NCBI GenBank assembly: GCA_945892985.1
Contig: CAMDDU010000004.1
Coordinates: 9,910 to 73,909 of the forward strand
Length of the DNA: 64,000 bases
DNA from: Bordetella parapertussis
GTDB lineage: Bacteria > Pseudomonadota > Gammaproteobacteria > Burkholderiales > SG8-39
Reading direction: 5' to 3'
How positions within the stretch are numbered: position 1 is the first letter of the stretch; each line of letters begins with the position of its first letter. The notes below the pieces were generated by a model, which made no database searches, was not told the DNA's origin, and worked only from the letters and a program-made list of their open reading frames with translations. The position numbers and the translations under genes are program-made. This document shows positions 63,130 to 64,000 of this stretch, piece by piece.

Positions 63130-63151
63130 AGCGCAAAGTTCACTTTGCGCT
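63130..63151. promoter_or_regulatory. Perfect 10-2-10 palindrome (candidate operator) in a divergent control region
   Basis: AGCGCAAAGT-TC-ACTTTGCGCT, immediately after a TAGAAT hexamer (63123-63128). It lies between the MBL hydrolase (-) and the ivd unit (+). Confidence 0.4.
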
Positions 63152-63276
63152 TGAATGTTCATTTTCCCAGAATTCCCGGAACCCAAGGTAAAAGGTAAAA
63201 ACAAGGCAAAAACAGGGTGAAAACAAATCCCTTTAAGTGCCAAGGAACACCCGGTTTCCCCGATCACCAAGCCACC

Positions 63277-63438
63277 ATGCCCGACCACAAAATCGAAGCC
63301 CAGACCTACACCATCAGCGAACTCGCGCGCGAATTCGACGTGACCCAGTGCGCCGACACCATGCAAGTGCGGCCGCCAAGGAACACCACGAAGAGCGCCG
63401 GTCTGTGCCGCCTGCCCCATTACCGGGGGTCCCGATGA
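63277..63438 (+). pseudogene. Remnant of a MerR-family (LiuR-like) regulator
   Basis: [23 protein letters not shown] matches the start of the MerR HTH (..[21 protein letters not shown]..), but similarity then stops. The ORF ends after ~53 codons in an ATGA overlap with ivd, whereas full-length relatives are ~130 aa. Confidence 0.4.
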
Positions 63439-64000
63439 CCGATTTTCCCGCACTGCGCTTTGCCCATGGCGAAGACATAGCCGCGCTGCGCGCCACCGTG
63501 CGCGACTTCGCCGTGGCCGAGATCGCGCCGCGCGCCGCCGAAATCGACCGGTCCAACCAGTTTCCGATGGACTTGTGGCACAAGATGGGCAGCCTCGGGC
63601 TGCACGGCATCACCGTCGAGGAGGAATACGGCGGCACGCCCATGGGCTACCTGGCGCACATCATCGTGATGGAAGAAATCAGCCGCGCATCCGCCGCGGT
63701 TGGTTTGTCATATGGCGCCCACTCCAACCTGTGCATCAACCAGATCCGCCGCAATGGCACGCCGGAGCAAAAGAAAAAATATCTTCCCCGGCTTATCTCC
63801 GGCGAGCATGTCGGCGCACTCGCCATGTCGGAACCGGGCGCCGGATCCGATGTGGTCAGCATGAAATTGCGCGCCGATTACAACAAGGGAAAATTCACCC
63901 TCAACGGCACCAAGATGTGGATCACCAACGGCCCGGATGCAGACACGCTGGTCGTCTATGCCAAGACCGACGCCAATGCCGGGCCCAAGGGAATCACCGC
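63435..64000 (+). CDS. ivd: Isovaleryl-CoA dehydrogenase (5' part, runs off the right edge)
   Basis: My translation of the open frame from ATG 63435: [123 protein letters not shown]. This closely resembles LiuA/IVD. It is not in the ORF track because there is no stop in the window. Confidence 0.85.
   Translation, partial: MTDFPALRFAHGEDIAALRATVRDFAVAEIAPRAAEIDRSNQFPMDLWHKMGSLGLHGITVEEEYGGTPMGYLAHIIVMEEISRASAAVGLSYGAHSNLCINQIRRNGTPEQKKKYLPRLISGEHVGALAMSEPGAGSDVVSMKLRADYNKGKFTLNGTKMWITNGPDADTLVVYAKTDANAGPKGIT

Noticed and set aside
62099-63154. 351-aa ORF on the + strand covering the whole MBL-hydrolase gene in antisense
   Set aside because: Its composition is Arg/His/Gln/Ala-rich with no recognisable motif, whereas the minus-strand frame has a clear HxHxDH hydrolase signature. 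Long antisense ORFs are an expected artefact of GC-rich coding DNA.
1-64000. Search for defence systems, CRISPR arrays, toxin-antitoxin pairs, tRNA/rRNA genes and IS elements
   Set aside because: I recognised no nuclease/helicase/ATPase defence modules, repeat-spacer arrays, tRNA-like T-arm sequences, rRNA or transposase ORFs on either strand. The only mobile-DNA trace is the integrase stub at 50291-50692.

Overview
This is a GC-rich proteobacterial chromosome segment. Gene content and synteny look betaproteobacterial (ZapB-like/zapA/6S RNA, hemE-priA, argS-SPOR-dsbA, class I phaC, ivd), but the taxon cannot be fixed from the sequence alone. The first ~48.7 kb is one continuous cell-envelope glycan super-locus in four parts. 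(i) 145-12941 is a 12-gene + strand operon, mostly with 4-nt overlaps. It opens with an ACP-centred acyl-tailoring cassette (GNAT, MaoC-SDR fusion, FkbH-like loader, 80-aa ACP, NodB-type deacetylase). It ends with a branched/methylated deoxysugar module (C-methyltransferase, 3,5-epimerase, reductase, TylF-like O-methyltransferase). (ii) 22494->13005 is a minus-strand operon: CmcI-like methyltransferase, Wzx flippase, GT2, FkbM methyltransferase, methyltransferase, two GT4s and an AsnB-like amidotransferase. (iii) 22734-28196 is an initiation module: GT4, a divergent alkaline-phosphatase-like protein, a WecA/WbpL-like transferase and a WbpM/CapD-like dehydratase. (iv) 48678->28340 is a 16-gene minus-strand LPS-core type operon: three GT9 heptosyltransferases, eight GT4-type transferases, an O-antigen-ligase family protein, msbA, a NodU-like carbamoyltransferase, a methyltransferase and a second AsnB paralogue. 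The right quarter is housekeeping: ZapB-like/zapA/6S RNA, EVE-domain protein, hemE, priA, argS, SPOR protein, two DsbA paralogues around a rhodanese protein, SDR, MBL hydrolase-phaC, and the start of ivd. A ~1 kb fossil of an integrative element (truncated integrase, arm-type repeats, core repeats) lies between the 6S RNA and the EVE gene. I saw no tRNA, rRNA, CRISPR array, transposase or recognisable defence system. The best candidates for undescribed biology are the FkbH/ACP acylation cassette and the C-methyl/O-methyl sugar module of the glycan operon. All family calls rest on motif recognition by eye in the supplied translations; no database search was run.
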